Shown: positions 18,406 to 28,112, numbered from the stretch's first letter. The stretch: DNA of 64,000 nt from an uncultured virus (IMG/VR IMGVR_UViG_3300031857_021139) (IMGVR_UViG_3300031857_021139); one strand, 5' to 3'. Notes: generated from the letters alone by a model not told the origin. Numbers and translations are program-made.

Positions 18406-19133
18406 TTGCTTTGTGCTGGCAAGATATAGTTGTATTCAGCGATGCCCGAGTTCACGGTGATCTGTGCGGCACCATCATCTGAAATGCGCACGATCTTGTC
18501 TCCGGTAAGATCCAAGATAGAGATCACTTGTTTCACTGGCCAGGACCAGGCACGTTTCAATGCGCCAGTGATACCGGTATGGAACACGAATTCTCCAGCA
18601 TGGGTAGAATGATCACCAAAGAAAAACTTCAGCGTATCTTTATCAGTCTTGGCCTGAAAATTGTTTTCCTCGGCATTGGCCTGGGCTTGCATCTTCAATC
18701 GCTGGATGCCAGCCACAGTGGGCTCAAACTCGATGTGCCAGGTAGCGCCACGGAATTTGGCTGTCTTTAATTTCTCGCTGACGATTTCAGAAGACATGAA
18801 TCTATAATCATTTTTGAAATCCCCCACGGTGTTTTTGAAATGCAGACCCACTGGTGCTTGTTCTCCATTGCGTTCTTGTCTCGTGACAGAGATATCAGCG
18901 TTTTCGCGATACTCAGCGATGTTTAGCAAGATCTTGAGTTTGCTGAGATTTGGCATGCCAAATGTGCCAATGAATTCAGGCACAGGTTTAAGAAACTTGC
19001 CTTGTACCACGACCGAACGATCTTCAGCCAGGCCATCGATCACAGTCTCTTTGTCTGTGCCAGTGATTTTGATCAGGTCTATGCAACCAAGATCATAGGT
19101 GTGTTCAACTAAGTCTAAAAGATAATCTCTCAT
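18402..19133 (-). CDS. Probable DNA sliding clamp (gp45/PCNA-like)
   Basis: About 240 aa with an alternating beta/alpha pattern, FGMPNLSKL and C-terminal EYNYILPA; near polB. The fold is inferred. Confidence 0.5.
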   Translation of the reverse strand: MRDYLLDLVEHTYDLGCIDLIKITGTDKETVIDGLAEDRSVVVQGKFLKPVPEFIGTFGMPNLSKLKILLNIAEYRENADISVTRQERNGEQAPVGLHFKNTVGDFKNDYRFMSSEIVSEKLKTAKFRGATWHIEFEPTVAGIQRLKMQAQANAEENNFQAKTDKDTLKFFFGDHSTHAGEFVFHTGITGALKRAWSWPVKQVISILDLTGDKIVRISDDGAAQITVNSGIAEYNYILPAQSK

Positions 19134-19156
19134 GTAAGTTCTCCAGTGATTTTAAA

Positions 19157-19185
19157 AGTTTACTATCATTATTTAGATTTGTCAA
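19157..19185 (-). promoter_or_regulatory. Sigma70 promoter with an embedded TAAATA late motif
   Basis: TTGACA-17 nt-TAAACT; the spacer contains CTAAATA. Confidence 0.7.
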
Positions 19186-20113
19186 TGGGTTTAGCCAAAG
19201 TTTGTCCGGCTTTGAGGCTGATCGCAGACCCAGGTTTGGTAGCTTCTACCCAGGTACATGCACGATCGAGCACGCGATAATCTCGGATCACGTAGCCCAG
19301 AGATTCGCATAGGCTGCGCAACAACCGTCCTGGTGTGTATGTCATGTAGTGTCGTTCGGCATTGGCCACGGCCCCGGACCGGTCACAGTCATTGAAGGTG
19401 AATGCCACAGTACCGCCAGGTCGCAGTTTGATCATGATCTCTGACAGATAACTCTTGATCACTTCCCACGGTTTGTAATGGAAAAAGTTGTAGGCCAAAC
19501 AGAATCCAATCTGTCCGTCGGGGATAGCTTGTAACCAAGGCTCGGGTCCGCGTTCCCACAAGGTAGTCCAACGCAGGCGATTGTTGTACACAGGGTTGAA
19601 ATAGTCTTTGATATGGGCCAAGAGATCATGTGATTCATCCACGAGATACAGTGGATCGCAGGCAACCATGTAATGTATCCATTGTTCTCGCCCAGGCCTG
19701 ATGATCATGCCAGCATAGTGGAAGTCGCTGAAAAATTGCGCTCTGCTGATAAGAAATTCTTCTTGCTCAGGAGAAAGATTGAACCTGCGGCCAAGCACAT
19801 GCTCGGCAGTGTCATGAACCATTTCTTTTTCATAGAGATCATACGAGGCACGGAAGTATTCGCGTTCTTGTTGTTCGATGTCCAGTTGTAACTGTTGTTT
19901 GAATTCTAACAGCCGTTGGTCAAAGTTGGCCACGGAATCATAAACTGCTTGCAAAGACGTTTCCAAGATGAACTGCTGATCCGGAGCACGCCATGGGTGT
20001 TCCTGCACGGTGTGGATCACATGCCCATGGTTTTGAGAAAAGTATTGGCTGACTTCTCTGGGAGTGATGCCCTCCAGTTGCTCTTTGTATCGTACCAGTT
20101 CGCTGAGTTTCAT
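19169..20113 (-). CDS. Protein with a C-terminal methyltransferase-like domain
   Basis: IPDGQIGFCLAYNFFHY and LRPGGTVAF resemble class I MTase motifs, but motif I is degenerate. Confidence 0.5.
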   Translation of the reverse strand: MKLSELVRYKEQLEGITPREVSQYFSQNHGHVIHTVQEHPWRAPDQQFILETSLQAVYDSVANFDQRLLEFKQQLQLDIEQQEREYFRASYDLYEKEMVHDTAEHVLGRRFNLSPEQEEFLISRAQFFSDFHYAGMIIRPGREQWIHYMVACDPLYLVDESHDLLAHIKDYFNPVYNNRLRWTTLWERGPEPWLQAIPDGQIGFCLAYNFFHYKPWEVIKSYLSEIMIKLRPGGTVAFTFNDCDRSGAVANAERHYMTYTPGRLLRSLCESLGYVIRDYRVLDRACTWVEATKPGSAISLKAGQTLAKPIDKSK

Positions 20114-22776
20114 GTGAAGTCAAACAAGGTTTGGAAAGTGTTTTCTGTGTTGGTGGCTGATGACAGATCCCAGTCCAGCACTGCCAACAGGTTGTCAATC
20201 TTTTGATCCACCACAGTGGCTTCCATTTCTGCATCGTCAAACGGCAATTCACGGAACCATTGTGGCAAATGCAGTTCATCAGTGGGATATGCTATGCTGG
20301 TCCAACCCAGGGCATTGCTCTTGAGCTTACACACTATGGCCTTCATGCCGTCTACGATTTGCATGGAGTAATTATCGCTATTCATGCGTCGCATGGTGTT
20401 CCAGTTCATGCCAGCCCTGACGTGTCCTGGCATGTTGGCCTTGCCTTCTCGCTCTTCTTTCTTGGCATACATGGTAAGGTTGTTCACACGCTTGGGCGAA
20501 CCCTTTTCCCAGCCCGGACGTTCAGCAAAAGCATATTTGAAATCACGGATCTTCTCTACCACGTCATCGCGTCCGGCACCTTGCAGGACGTCATCCAGGA
20601 TTTCGCTGAGGAAATCTTGTATGATCTTGGGCGTATCTGATCTTTTGAGATCTAAGCCCATGGCCTTGACCTTGCCAGGCTTGCCATTGACATCATAGCG
20701 TTTGCCTTCTTTGTCATAGTACATCACAGCATAGCGTTTCTTGGTGATGAACAAACCGCGGCTGGCCACGATCTCTCTACCGCCACGTATCACTGATCCC
20801 ATCTCTCTGGGACAATGAAAAGCCTGCTCCATGAATCCCGGGAATGATTGATTCACTTGATCTGCGATAGAATTGTAAAGTTGTATGGCCGTGTCTTTGG
20901 ACCACTCCATGCGACCATCATCAACATCGGATTTCACAGCAGGCCAAGCAGTGAAGTAGCAAGAGTCTGTGTCGCCGTAGATGATGGCTTCGCCCACGTG
21001 GTCATACTGGCCAGTGATACATTCGTTGACATAGGCATCCATGTGGCGTGCAATCGCACGTCCAGTAAGAGTAGTAGACTGACCGATGCGCTTATCGAAA
21101 AACCTGCAACCAGGATTAAGAATCGCACCGTAGAGACTGTTGAGATTAATCTTCTTGACCAGCTGACGCTTGTCCCAGTATTCAAATTTTTCTTCATCTT
21201 TGCCCTCGACTTCTTTGGCCTGCCGTTGCATGTCTTTGCGTTCGGCATACCAGCGTTTCAACAGACCCGGAATCACTGCTTCAATCTCATAGGTGAATAT
21301 GGTACCGTTGGCGCTTAATATCCAAGTTTGATTGGAATCAAACACCATCTTCCAGATCTCTGCAGCCGAATGCACAGATTCATCGCCGTCCTGCCAGTCT
21401 ATGGTTATCTCTGTGCCTCGCTGTTGTTCCATCACAGCAGTATACTCCAGGGTACCAAACAGGCCTTCCCAGGCTGCCGCAAAACTGGCACCGCTCTGTG
21501 TTTTTTCACGTATGTAATGATCGGTCATTATTGGCCGGAGTTGGCCGATAATGGTCTCGGGGCCCATGTTAAGAGCACGGATGGCTGAGGGATATAAACT
21601 GTTGATGTCGATACTGCCCACCCAGTCGTGCATGCCTTTCTTGGGATAAGCAACATAGGCACCTGCGGCTTGTGTGTCTTCATCTGTGAACCTTTCTTTG
21701 CGCACTGGCACTACCATGCCACGCTCGTGTGCTTCGTTGATGATGGCCTGCTCAGTCACTGCCACTGCGCCCATGGTCGTGGGCAACAGCACAGTGTTTT
21801 CATGGGCCAGGGTGTTGGCAAGATCCAGGAATCTCAGTTTTTTGTCGATCTGCGCCAGACCATTGACGTCCTGTCTGTTGTACTCGATAAAGGTCTTCCA
21901 GTTCTGATTGTACAGTTGATCCAAGGTACCTTCAAACTTGGTCTTGCCTTCCAGACCTTCATACTCCAGGATGGCATCCAGGCTGTAACTATGCCTCTCT
22001 TCATAGGTGTATTTTCTGTACAGTTGCATGTAGTCGAGATGCACACGTCCTATGAGATCAAATGTGAGATTTTCTGCGCCGAATCGCTCAAAGGTCCTTT
22101 GCTTGGGCAGTTGATCCCAGAGACAGAACCTGCGAGTGTCATCCTTGCTGAGCACGCGGGTGGTGCGCATCACAGTGTAAGGTATGTCATAGCCCTCGGA
22201 GTTCCAGCCCGACAGCACATCAGCATCTTGTATGATGTTGAGGAAAGTATCTAAGAGTTCGCTTTCTTCCCACATCACAAATGTGTTAGGGAACTCACTG
22301 GCGATTTCCTTGGCAGTTTCCGGACTCATGTGTCGGGGAGGTCTTACCAGAGTGACCAACTGATCCAACCAATCAAGATACACCGAAATGGCCGTGATGG
22401 CATTGAATGGATCTTCTGGACGTGAAAATCCACGCTCAGGATCGAAGTCTACTTCAATGTCAAAAAATGCTGTGTTTAACCGTGGAGCATCTACGTTTTT
22501 GTAGTTTTCTTCCAGGCAACGGAATATAGGATTGATGTCGGCTTCATACAAATTCTTGCCTTTTTGTATGGCCATTTCTTTGCGGAACTCTTTGTTGTTG
22601 CGAGTTGAAAATCTGGCCACTGGGGTGCCATAGATCGACCGAAACTTGCCGCGAGGATCGTCATAGTAAAAGATATAATTGGCTGGATGTTCTTCGTAGT
22701 ATCGATCGCTGCCGCGGCGGCCTACGATGTGGATGCGATCGTGATCACGATCAAATAGTGCGTCAATATATGACAA
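20110..22776 (-). CDS. DNA polymerase family B (T4 gp43-like)
   Basis: Exonuclease motifs FDIEV, GWNSEGYD and YNRQD; polymerase motifs DINSLYPS, KINLNSLYG, YGDTDS and KKRY. Confidence 0.97.
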   Translation of the reverse strand: MSYIDALFDRDHDRIHIVGRRGSDRYYEEHPANYIFYYDDPRGKFRSIYGTPVARFSTRNNKEFRKEMAIQKGKNLYEADINPIFRCLEENYKNVDAPRLNTAFFDIEVDFDPERGFSRPEDPFNAITAISVYLDWLDQLVTLVRPPRHMSPETAKEIASEFPNTFVMWEESELLDTFLNIIQDADVLSGWNSEGYDIPYTVMRTTRVLSKDDTRRFCLWDQLPKQRTFERFGAENLTFDLIGRVHLDYMQLYRKYTYEERHSYSLDAILEYEGLEGKTKFEGTLDQLYNQNWKTFIEYNRQDVNGLAQIDKKLRFLDLANTLAHENTVLLPTTMGAVAVTEQAIINEAHERGMVVPVRKERFTDEDTQAAGAYVAYPKKGMHDWVGSIDINSLYPSAIRALNMGPETIIGQLRPIMTDHYIREKTQSGASFAAAWEGLFGTLEYTAVMEQQRGTEITIDWQDGDESVHSAAEIWKMVFDSNQTWILSANGTIFTYEIEAVIPGLLKRWYAERKDMQRQAKEVEGKDEEKFEYWDKRQLVKKINLNSLYGAILNPGCRFFDKRIGQSTTLTGRAIARHMDAYVNECITGQYDHVGEAIIYGDTDSCYFTAWPAVKSDVDDGRMEWSKDTAIQLYNSIADQVNQSFPGFMEQAFHCPREMGSVIRGGREIVASRGLFITKKRYAVMYYDKEGKRYDVNGKPGKVKAMGLDLKRSDTPKIIQDFLSEILDDVLQGAGRDDVVEKIRDFKYAFAERPGWEKGSPKRVNNLTMYAKKEEREGKANMPGHVRAGMNWNTMRRMNSDNYSMQIVDGMKAIVCKLKSNALGWTSIAYPTDELHLPQWFRELPFDDAEMEATVVDQKIDNLLAVLDWDLSSATNTENTFQTLFDFT

Positions 22777-22784
22777 ATTTTTTC

Positions 22785-22845
22785 TCCTGTGGCTTATGGC
22801 CCACCCGTGCCGTTCTACATGCCCGTATCGTGGGCGAGTCGCTGT
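22785..22845 (-). promoter_or_regulatory. Candidate structured translational operator upstream of polB
   Basis: Hairpins GCCC-ACGAUAC-GGGC and GUGG-GCCAUAAG-CCAC; the second abuts the AGGAG SD. Confidence 0.4.
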
Positions 22846-22860
22846 TGATGATAACAGTAA

Positions 22861-23121
22861 TTATAAAGTCTTGCCCACTGTAGTCAAAATTGTTTCCAAC
22901 AATTCGTGATCCTGTTGCTCTTTGCCAAATTCTGCTTTGTGGGCAATACGGATGGCTTTTTTAAGGATGTTGGGTTTGATATCCAGTTCCTCGGCCACGG
23001 CCTTGACAGTGTCACTAAGTCCACCGTTGAGCGTTTCGATTTCGTGCATGACCTGCATGCCTTCGTTGATTATCTGTGTGAGTTTGGCTTTTTGTTCTGC
23101 TGAAAAATTACGATTGTCCAT
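22861..23121 (-). CDS. Small dsDNA-binding protein (T4 DsbA/GapR-like)
   Basis: 86-aa helical protein with the VKAVAEELDIKPNILKKAIRIAHK pattern. Confidence 0.55.
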   Translation of the reverse strand: MDNRNFSAEQKAKLTQIINEGMQVMHEIETLNGGLSDTVKAVAEELDIKPNILKKAIRIAHKAEFGKEQQDHELLETILTTVGKTL

Positions 23122-23168
23122 AAAATCTCCTGTTGGTCATTGATTGTAACATGTGGCTCCGTGGTTGT

Positions 23169-24008
23169 CTATTTAAATTTCACCGTTTTGGTATGATCCA
23201 ACATGCTCATGTGATCTTTTGATGAAGGACACTGCCGGCATATAGCATGTGGCTTGCCAAAATTGTTGATAAATTTATCAAGTTCACGATCACTGCAATC
23301 AGAATCCAGCCCTTTGGTCAAATAAGGTTGCCAGAGAGCCGAATTGGGCATTCCGTGCCTTTGCACTATCTTGGGCGTGAGACCCGCTGTGCCGCATTTG
23401 TAAAGGCGTGAGTCGTGTAGCAAAGGGCATCGCTGTTGCACACAGACATCGAACGCATCATGTATATTGTTGTCATGGGGTCTCATGTCATGATAATCAC
23501 CCTGGAAGGTCTTTAAGAAACGTGTAGGTGATGCAATCTGAAAACGCATGCCCGACGGCGAATGCCATCGGTCAATGCCAAACTCTTTGATCGCGACCCA
23601 TTTTCGGCTGGCAAACACTTGAGATATAGCCGAATCTATGCGCGGATCATTGACATGCTTGCTAATTTTCAGCACTGAATTACCAAGTTGATCAAGCAGA
23701 TCTACAACCCACCAGTGACGTTCTAACAAAAGACCATTGGTTATAAAACGTATCTGTGTGTTTGGCATGAGTTCTCTGATTCCTACGAGCCACGCACGCA
23801 AATCTGGATTGATCAGAGGTTCTCCCCCCATGAATCCAAATGCCTGTATGTCCAGTCTTTCCAACCAAGGTTCAATCTGCTGTCGGGCCTGCGCCCAGGT
23901 CATGTATCCACGATGATCCAGGTCTGAAAAAGTGGTGCATCCAGCACAACTAAGGTTACACACGTTAGTAGACATCATTTCCAGAAATGGCAACATTCGA
24001 CGTGTCAT
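23169..24008 (-). CDS. Radical SAM protein with a C-terminal Cys cluster
   Basis: CNLSCAGC, GGEPLINP and TNGLLL; later CVQQRC, YKC and CRQC. Confidence 0.9.
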   Translation of the reverse strand: MTRRMLPFLEMMSTNVCNLSCAGCTTFSDLDHRGYMTWAQARQQIEPWLERLDIQAFGFMGGEPLINPDLRAWLVGIRELMPNTQIRFITNGLLLERHWWVVDLLDQLGNSVLKISKHVNDPRIDSAISQVFASRKWVAIKEFGIDRWHSPSGMRFQIASPTRFLKTFQGDYHDMRPHDNNIHDAFDVCVQQRCPLLHDSRLYKCGTAGLTPKIVQRHGMPNSALWQPYLTKGLDSDCSDRELDKFINNFGKPHAICRQCPSSKDHMSMLDHTKTVKFK

Positions 24009-25078
24009 GACAATACCTGCTGTATCAGATCCATGGCTTTGAGATTGATTGACTCACAGGCATCGTAAAAATGTCCCGTGACTATGTGTTCGCGGTTGTG
24101 TCGGCGGCTCATCAAAGTGCGATCAAACCAATAAGCAATGCCATGTTCGCCGACTTGAGAAATCAGATCTATCATGCCCACACTGCGATCAATGTTGCCT
24201 GATTCTGAGTCATAATGTAGATCAAAGCCATAATCAAATTGCATGCCAAGAGATTCTAAAGTCCGGTAGGTATCAAATTGACCATTGGCTATAATCGCAG
24301 TTTCACTTAGCAGACATTTCATGGTTTTTTCAGTTAGAAATGGTCCAGGATACGTGTATTGTCGGTCAGGGGTGTGGTGCAAACTGTAATGCCAGCTTTC
24401 GTTGGTCACATTGAATACAACATTTCTATAGGCCTTGGATGTATAATCATGATTGATCAGACTGCTCTGCGCTTGTTGGTCAAAATCATCCACAGCCAAC
24501 TTATGGCCTAGCAGATGTTGTTGATATCGCACAGTCAAATCATCCAATCTAAGATTGCCAGTGGGTTTCCAATCATGGACATTTTTCATTTCAACCCAGT
24601 CGCTGTTAGATACAAGTCTTTGAGATCGGTCGATCTGGTCTATGACTGCCATGGTACTCCAAATTTTGTTTTGAGATATGCGAGCACTCAACGAACTGAT
24701 AAGATGCGTACAGGATGTTTTTGAAGACCAAGCAAAAGTTTCTAACATTGTTTTGGTTTGATAGTGCCATTCGGTCCAGGGCACATATACTACGTTGGCA
24801 CAAGAGTAATCATATTGATTGATCATGCCTAACACAATAACAGGAGCATGCATGCGTGATGCCTGCCGTTCAATCCAGATTACCTCGGGTCCTTCGACCA
24901 TGACCACATATGCTTTATGCCCATGAGGTAAATCCCAGTGTTGTTGTGGCCAACCTACATTGGCCCAGAACACATCCTTGCCGATTAGGTTTTGAAGCAA
25001 ATGGAAGTGTTTGAAGTTGGTATGCTTGGATATGACTTCCCAGGTGTAGCCATCTGAAAGATGATAAAAAGATGTCAT
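24005..25078 (-). CDS. Hypothetical protein with a TEK motif (possibly GT10-like)
   Basis: VTNES...FLTEKTMK; paralogous C-terminus with the next gene. Confidence 0.5.
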   Translation of the reverse strand: MTSFYHLSDGYTWEVISKHTNFKHFHLLQNLIGKDVFWANVGWPQQHWDLPHGHKAYVVMVEGPEVIWIERQASRMHAPVIVLGMINQYDYSCANVVYVPWTEWHYQTKTMLETFAWSSKTSCTHLISSLSARISQNKIWSTMAVIDQIDRSQRLVSNSDWVEMKNVHDWKPTGNLRLDDLTVRYQQHLLGHKLAVDDFDQQAQSSLINHDYTSKAYRNVVFNVTNESWHYSLHHTPDRQYTYPGPFLTEKTMKCLLSETAIIANGQFDTYRTLESLGMQFDYGFDLHYDSESGNIDRSVGMIDLISQVGEHGIAYWFDRTLMSRRHNREHIVTGHFYDACESINLKAMDLIQQVLS

Positions 25079-25983
25079 GACCCGGGCCCGGTATGTGTAT
25101 GGACAAAATACATCAAGTCTTTAGGGATATCAATTCGATCCAGAACCTTTTGACAGTAAGAATCTATGTGTTGATTCAATACCAAGAGTTGATTGGCCAA
25201 CAATCTTTGTCGCATCTGTAGCCTGAGATTTGATACGTAATCCAAGTCAGTCAACAGTCTTAGATTTTCGTCCAATGCACGTGAGATTCTTCGGTCAGGG
25301 TTGGGATCCCATTGATAGTCGTGATTGATAATGTCTTCAAATATATCAAACCCTACTGCTTTCCATAGATCGGCCTGGCGATAGCCGCCTAACCAGATTG
25401 GAAAGTTATAACTGAGCATGGGCCAAATGGTTTTTTCTGTGAAGGTCATGTTGTGATGCCATTCTGGTTCAATGGTCTCAGTGATCAAGGCCACAGCAGA
25501 GTGATCAAACACGTGAGTTTTCAAAAAATCATTGTAGTCGGCTGTGTTGTCGTAAACCGTCTGCCTGCCATTGCCATAGGTTTTTGCTTTCATACTGGTA
25601 TGATTATCTTCGCACAAGGTGTAGCATTCTGTAACCAGATGCCTATCAATCAAGGTTAGTATAGCTGTTTGCCTTGGCGCTCTGAGTTTGTAGATCATGA
25701 AATTAAAACAGTGTTTGGTCTCTGGAATCTCAGTCGGCACATCCGGATATGTCAACGCAAATCTACAAAATTCTTGCAACCAGGTTGGAGCAAACCGGGT
25801 AGGAAAATCAGAATCTACTGGCAACCAAAAAAAATCTTGGAAGATCTTGACCTGTTTACAACCGTGCCTATGCAGGAGATCGTCGAGAGACCGGGATGAG
25901 TAGTGATCAGTCACACGCACCCATGCTGTGTGTGGTGTCAATGTTCCTTGAAAGGATAGATCCGGACCCTGAATTCTAACCAT
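25075..25983 (-). CDS. Hypothetical protein with a TEK motif (possibly GT10-like)
   Basis: LITET...FTEKTIWP...GFDIFEDIINHDY. Confidence 0.5.
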   Translation of the reverse strand: MVRIQGPDLSFQGTLTPHTAWVRVTDHYSSRSLDDLLHRHGCKQVKIFQDFFWLPVDSDFPTRFAPTWLQEFCRFALTYPDVPTEIPETKHCFNFMIYKLRAPRQTAILTLIDRHLVTECYTLCEDNHTSMKAKTYGNGRQTVYDNTADYNDFLKTHVFDHSAVALITETIEPEWHHNMTFTEKTIWPMLSYNFPIWLGGYRQADLWKAVGFDIFEDIINHDYQWDPNPDRRISRALDENLRLLTDLDYVSNLRLQMRQRLLANQLLVLNQHIDSYCQKVLDRIDIPKDLMYFVHTHTGPGS

Positions 25984-27139
25984 GGAACAAATTTTGCATG
26001 TGTCCTTGGCGGCTCAAATCATTGGTCACACAGTGTATTCCACAGTCCCAAAAATACTTGTGCCTGAATGGTACCACATGGACTTCGATGCCATGGCGAG
26101 CACAGGCAGCCTCTACCTGGTCGTTGTGAGTTGATACCACGATGTTCTTGGGATTGACTATGAGTATGTTGACATCAAACACAGTTTCAGAAACCTGCCC
26201 GACCCACTCATCAAAATAGTGATCAACCATGTTGATAAGATTATTATCCCGTTCAAATCCTGGAATGAACCATCGACCTTTGTTGCGTTTCATAGAATGT
26301 TCAAATTCGCGCATGTGGCTGTAGTTGGACGGTGGAAGGTACACTACTTCCCAATCTGGGAACGTGTCTGCATAGGTCGGTATGTCATTGAGGCTGATTA
26401 TCAATCCTGGCGCCACAGGACAATACACAGCGTCTCCATGTCCGCCAGAATTCACCACATGATTCCTGGTATCCGGAAACAATTGGTTTACCCTGCGCAG
26501 GATATCTTGTTTGTCATCATAGTAGGTCTGCGTGGCAAAATATAGATCTTTGCCTAACCTGCTCACAAAACATCCATTGATAAAATCAAGTTCGGTATAC
26601 ACGATTTCGTTGCCTTGTGCTTGGATATCTGCAAACACATGATCATAAAATCCTAATTTGGCATCAAGATGCTTTTGATCAACGACACAAAAGTCTGCAA
26701 AACGCGACTGTGTGTCTAACGCAAATTCTGGCAAAGCCTTGTAGAAATCATCCGGACGCACATAATCAGGCCACCACGACTGCTTGTTTTGTCGGTAGAA
26801 AACAGACCATGCATGGCTGGCATTGGGCACATCCGGGACCCAAAATCGATCTTGGATCATCAAGAAGTAGTCTCTGGGAGCAGTTGGGGGTTGTACCCAT
26901 TTTCCTTGGATGTAAAGACTGTCAAGGTCTGAAGGAAATTTAGGACGAAACACAGTGACGCCGAATCGATTGGTCAGCAATTTTATCAGCTGCTGATAGT
27001 CTTCTTCTGTTTCCTCGGCTAAAGTCTCAAATCTGGTACGAGTCTGTGTATCGCTGATCCAGGAGTAGAACTCTGGAGGATAGGTGCGTCCCACCAAGCA
27101 GGTTTGTAGTGGGTCCCAATGTTGGTAGACATTATACAT
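25976..27139 (-). CDS. Amidinotransferase (pentein fold, glycine/inosamine-phosphate amidinotransferase-like)
   Basis: WDPLQTCLVG, PRD, HGD, FDVNIL and the catalytic GIHCVT. Confidence 0.85.
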   Translation of the reverse strand: MYNVYQHWDPLQTCLVGRTYPPEFYSWISDTQTRTRFETLAEETEEDYQQLIKLLTNRFGVTVFRPKFPSDLDSLYIQGKWVQPPTAPRDYFLMIQDRFWVPDVPNASHAWSVFYRQNKQSWWPDYVRPDDFYKALPEFALDTQSRFADFCVVDQKHLDAKLGFYDHVFADIQAQGNEIVYTELDFINGCFVSRLGKDLYFATQTYYDDKQDILRRVNQLFPDTRNHVVNSGGHGDAVYCPVAPGLIISLNDIPTYADTFPDWEVVYLPPSNYSHMREFEHSMKRNKGRWFIPGFERDNNLINMVDHYFDEWVGQVSETVFDVNILIVNPKNIVVSTHNDQVEAACARHGIEVHVVPFRHKYFWDCGIHCVTNDLSRQGHMQNLFHG

Positions 27140-27150
27140 GTTTTAATTTA

Positions 27151-27240
27151 TGCTCACTTCCGGTCCAAGGGTAGCGAATCCAGGACAGGGGCAGCAGCCG
27201 CCCACTCACCGTAGGTTTAACGGTCCTAAGGCGAATTCTT
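27151..27240 (-). ncRNA. Candidate structured RNA element of unknown class
   Basis: GC-rich intergenic stretch with stems ACCGU/ACGGU, GGGCGG/CUGCCC and GUCC/GGAC, plus repeated AUUCGC and GUGAG words that can cross-pair. Confidence 0.4.
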
Positions 27241-27477
27241 CAATTGATAGTAGACTTCGATTCTTTCCAGCATGTCTTTGAGTACCGGATCCGATTCGGC
27301 ATCATGGTGGATGCGTCCCCAGAGTTTGTGATGATTCAGAATTTTTTCTGTGTCAATGGCCTTTTGGCTGCGGGTATGCAGTTCTCTCTGATCCGGGGCA
27401 GCTCCTATCCTACGACGATAGACGGTGTCTCCACCATCGGGGCTTTCATAGATGTAAGTTTCTTGTCGGTCGCTCAC
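27226..27477 (-). CDS. Hypothetical phage protein
   Basis: YIYESPDGGDTVYRR; coupled ORF. Confidence 0.65.
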   Translation of the reverse strand: MSDRQETYIYESPDGGDTVYRRRIGAAPDQRELHTRSQKAIDTEKILNHHKLWGRIHHDAESDPVLKDMLERIEVYYQLKNSP

Positions 27478-28043
27478 TTGCGTCCTATGACCATGAATCT
27501 GGTATATTTGGTTTCGGGATCTTGTAAGTCGAGATCTCCTTGGTAATTAAGTTCTGCTAAGGGATATCGATCCAAGATGTCTTGGGTGCTGTTAAACTGT
27601 CTGCCGGAGTCATGATCTCTGGCTTGCATGACCACCAGAGTGCCCTGGGGGATGTTATCAAACCATATTCGACCTGGCATGTCTGTGAGGCTGGTGTTGA
27701 TGATCACACCATCATTGGCCAGTTGGCGGTAATCGATGTCATTGGCATCGGCCAATACATGATTCACGTTTTGTGCGCCGATGTGATCCAGCATGCGCTG
27801 ACTTTGGCGTAGCATGTCTCGGTCTCGTTCTACATTGATTATTTTACCGTGATCCAGGACATCCATTAACTTTAGATAAAGGCTGATATTGCCGAACCAT
27901 GATCCCAACACGTACACAGTGCCTACTCGAGGCTGGATGCGAGCCAGTTCACTGATCAGCCAGACCTTGCTGGCAGTGAGATCTCGTGTGAAACTCCCGG
28001 CTAAACTGTAACCACTGCTTTCTGCAAGATCACGAATGTTCAT
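27474..28043 (-). CDS. Methyltransferase-like protein with a putative capsid-targeting N-terminus
   Basis: MNIRDLAE start; VYVLGSWFG, IINTS and RFMVIG motifs. Confidence 0.6.
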   Translation of the reverse strand: MNIRDLAESSGYSLAGSFTRDLTASKVWLISELARIQPRVGTVYVLGSWFGNISLYLKLMDVLDHGKIINVERDRDMLRQSQRMLDHIGAQNVNHVLADANDIDYRQLANDGVIINTSLTDMPGRIWFDNIPQGTLVVMQARDHDSGRQFNSTQDILDRYPLAELNYQGDLDLQDPETKYTRFMVIGRK

Positions 28044-28112
28044 ACAGGACTGAAAGGATAGCGGGGCCGATCGGCGCCGTCATCTTCGGGATACACTGGA
28101 TATTGCACAGGA

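Noticed and set aside
20110..22776. Intein or intron in the DNA polymerase
   Set aside because: The 888-aa ORF is continuous, with normal motif spacing and no intein-like boundaries.
22795..22840. Guanidine-II (mini-ykkC) riboswitch, suggested by ACGA and ACGG words
   Set aside because: Neither word closes a clean tetraloop hairpin, and polB is an unrelated context.
25976..27139. Calling the amidinotransferase an archaeosine synthase
   Set aside because: Its motifs are pentein-type, not ArcS, QueF-like or GAT-QueC.
27151..27240. HDV-like/theta ribozyme on the plus strand, suggested by GCGAA words
   Set aside because: I could not build the nested P1/P1.1/P2/P3 pseudoknot; the element is kept only as unclassified.
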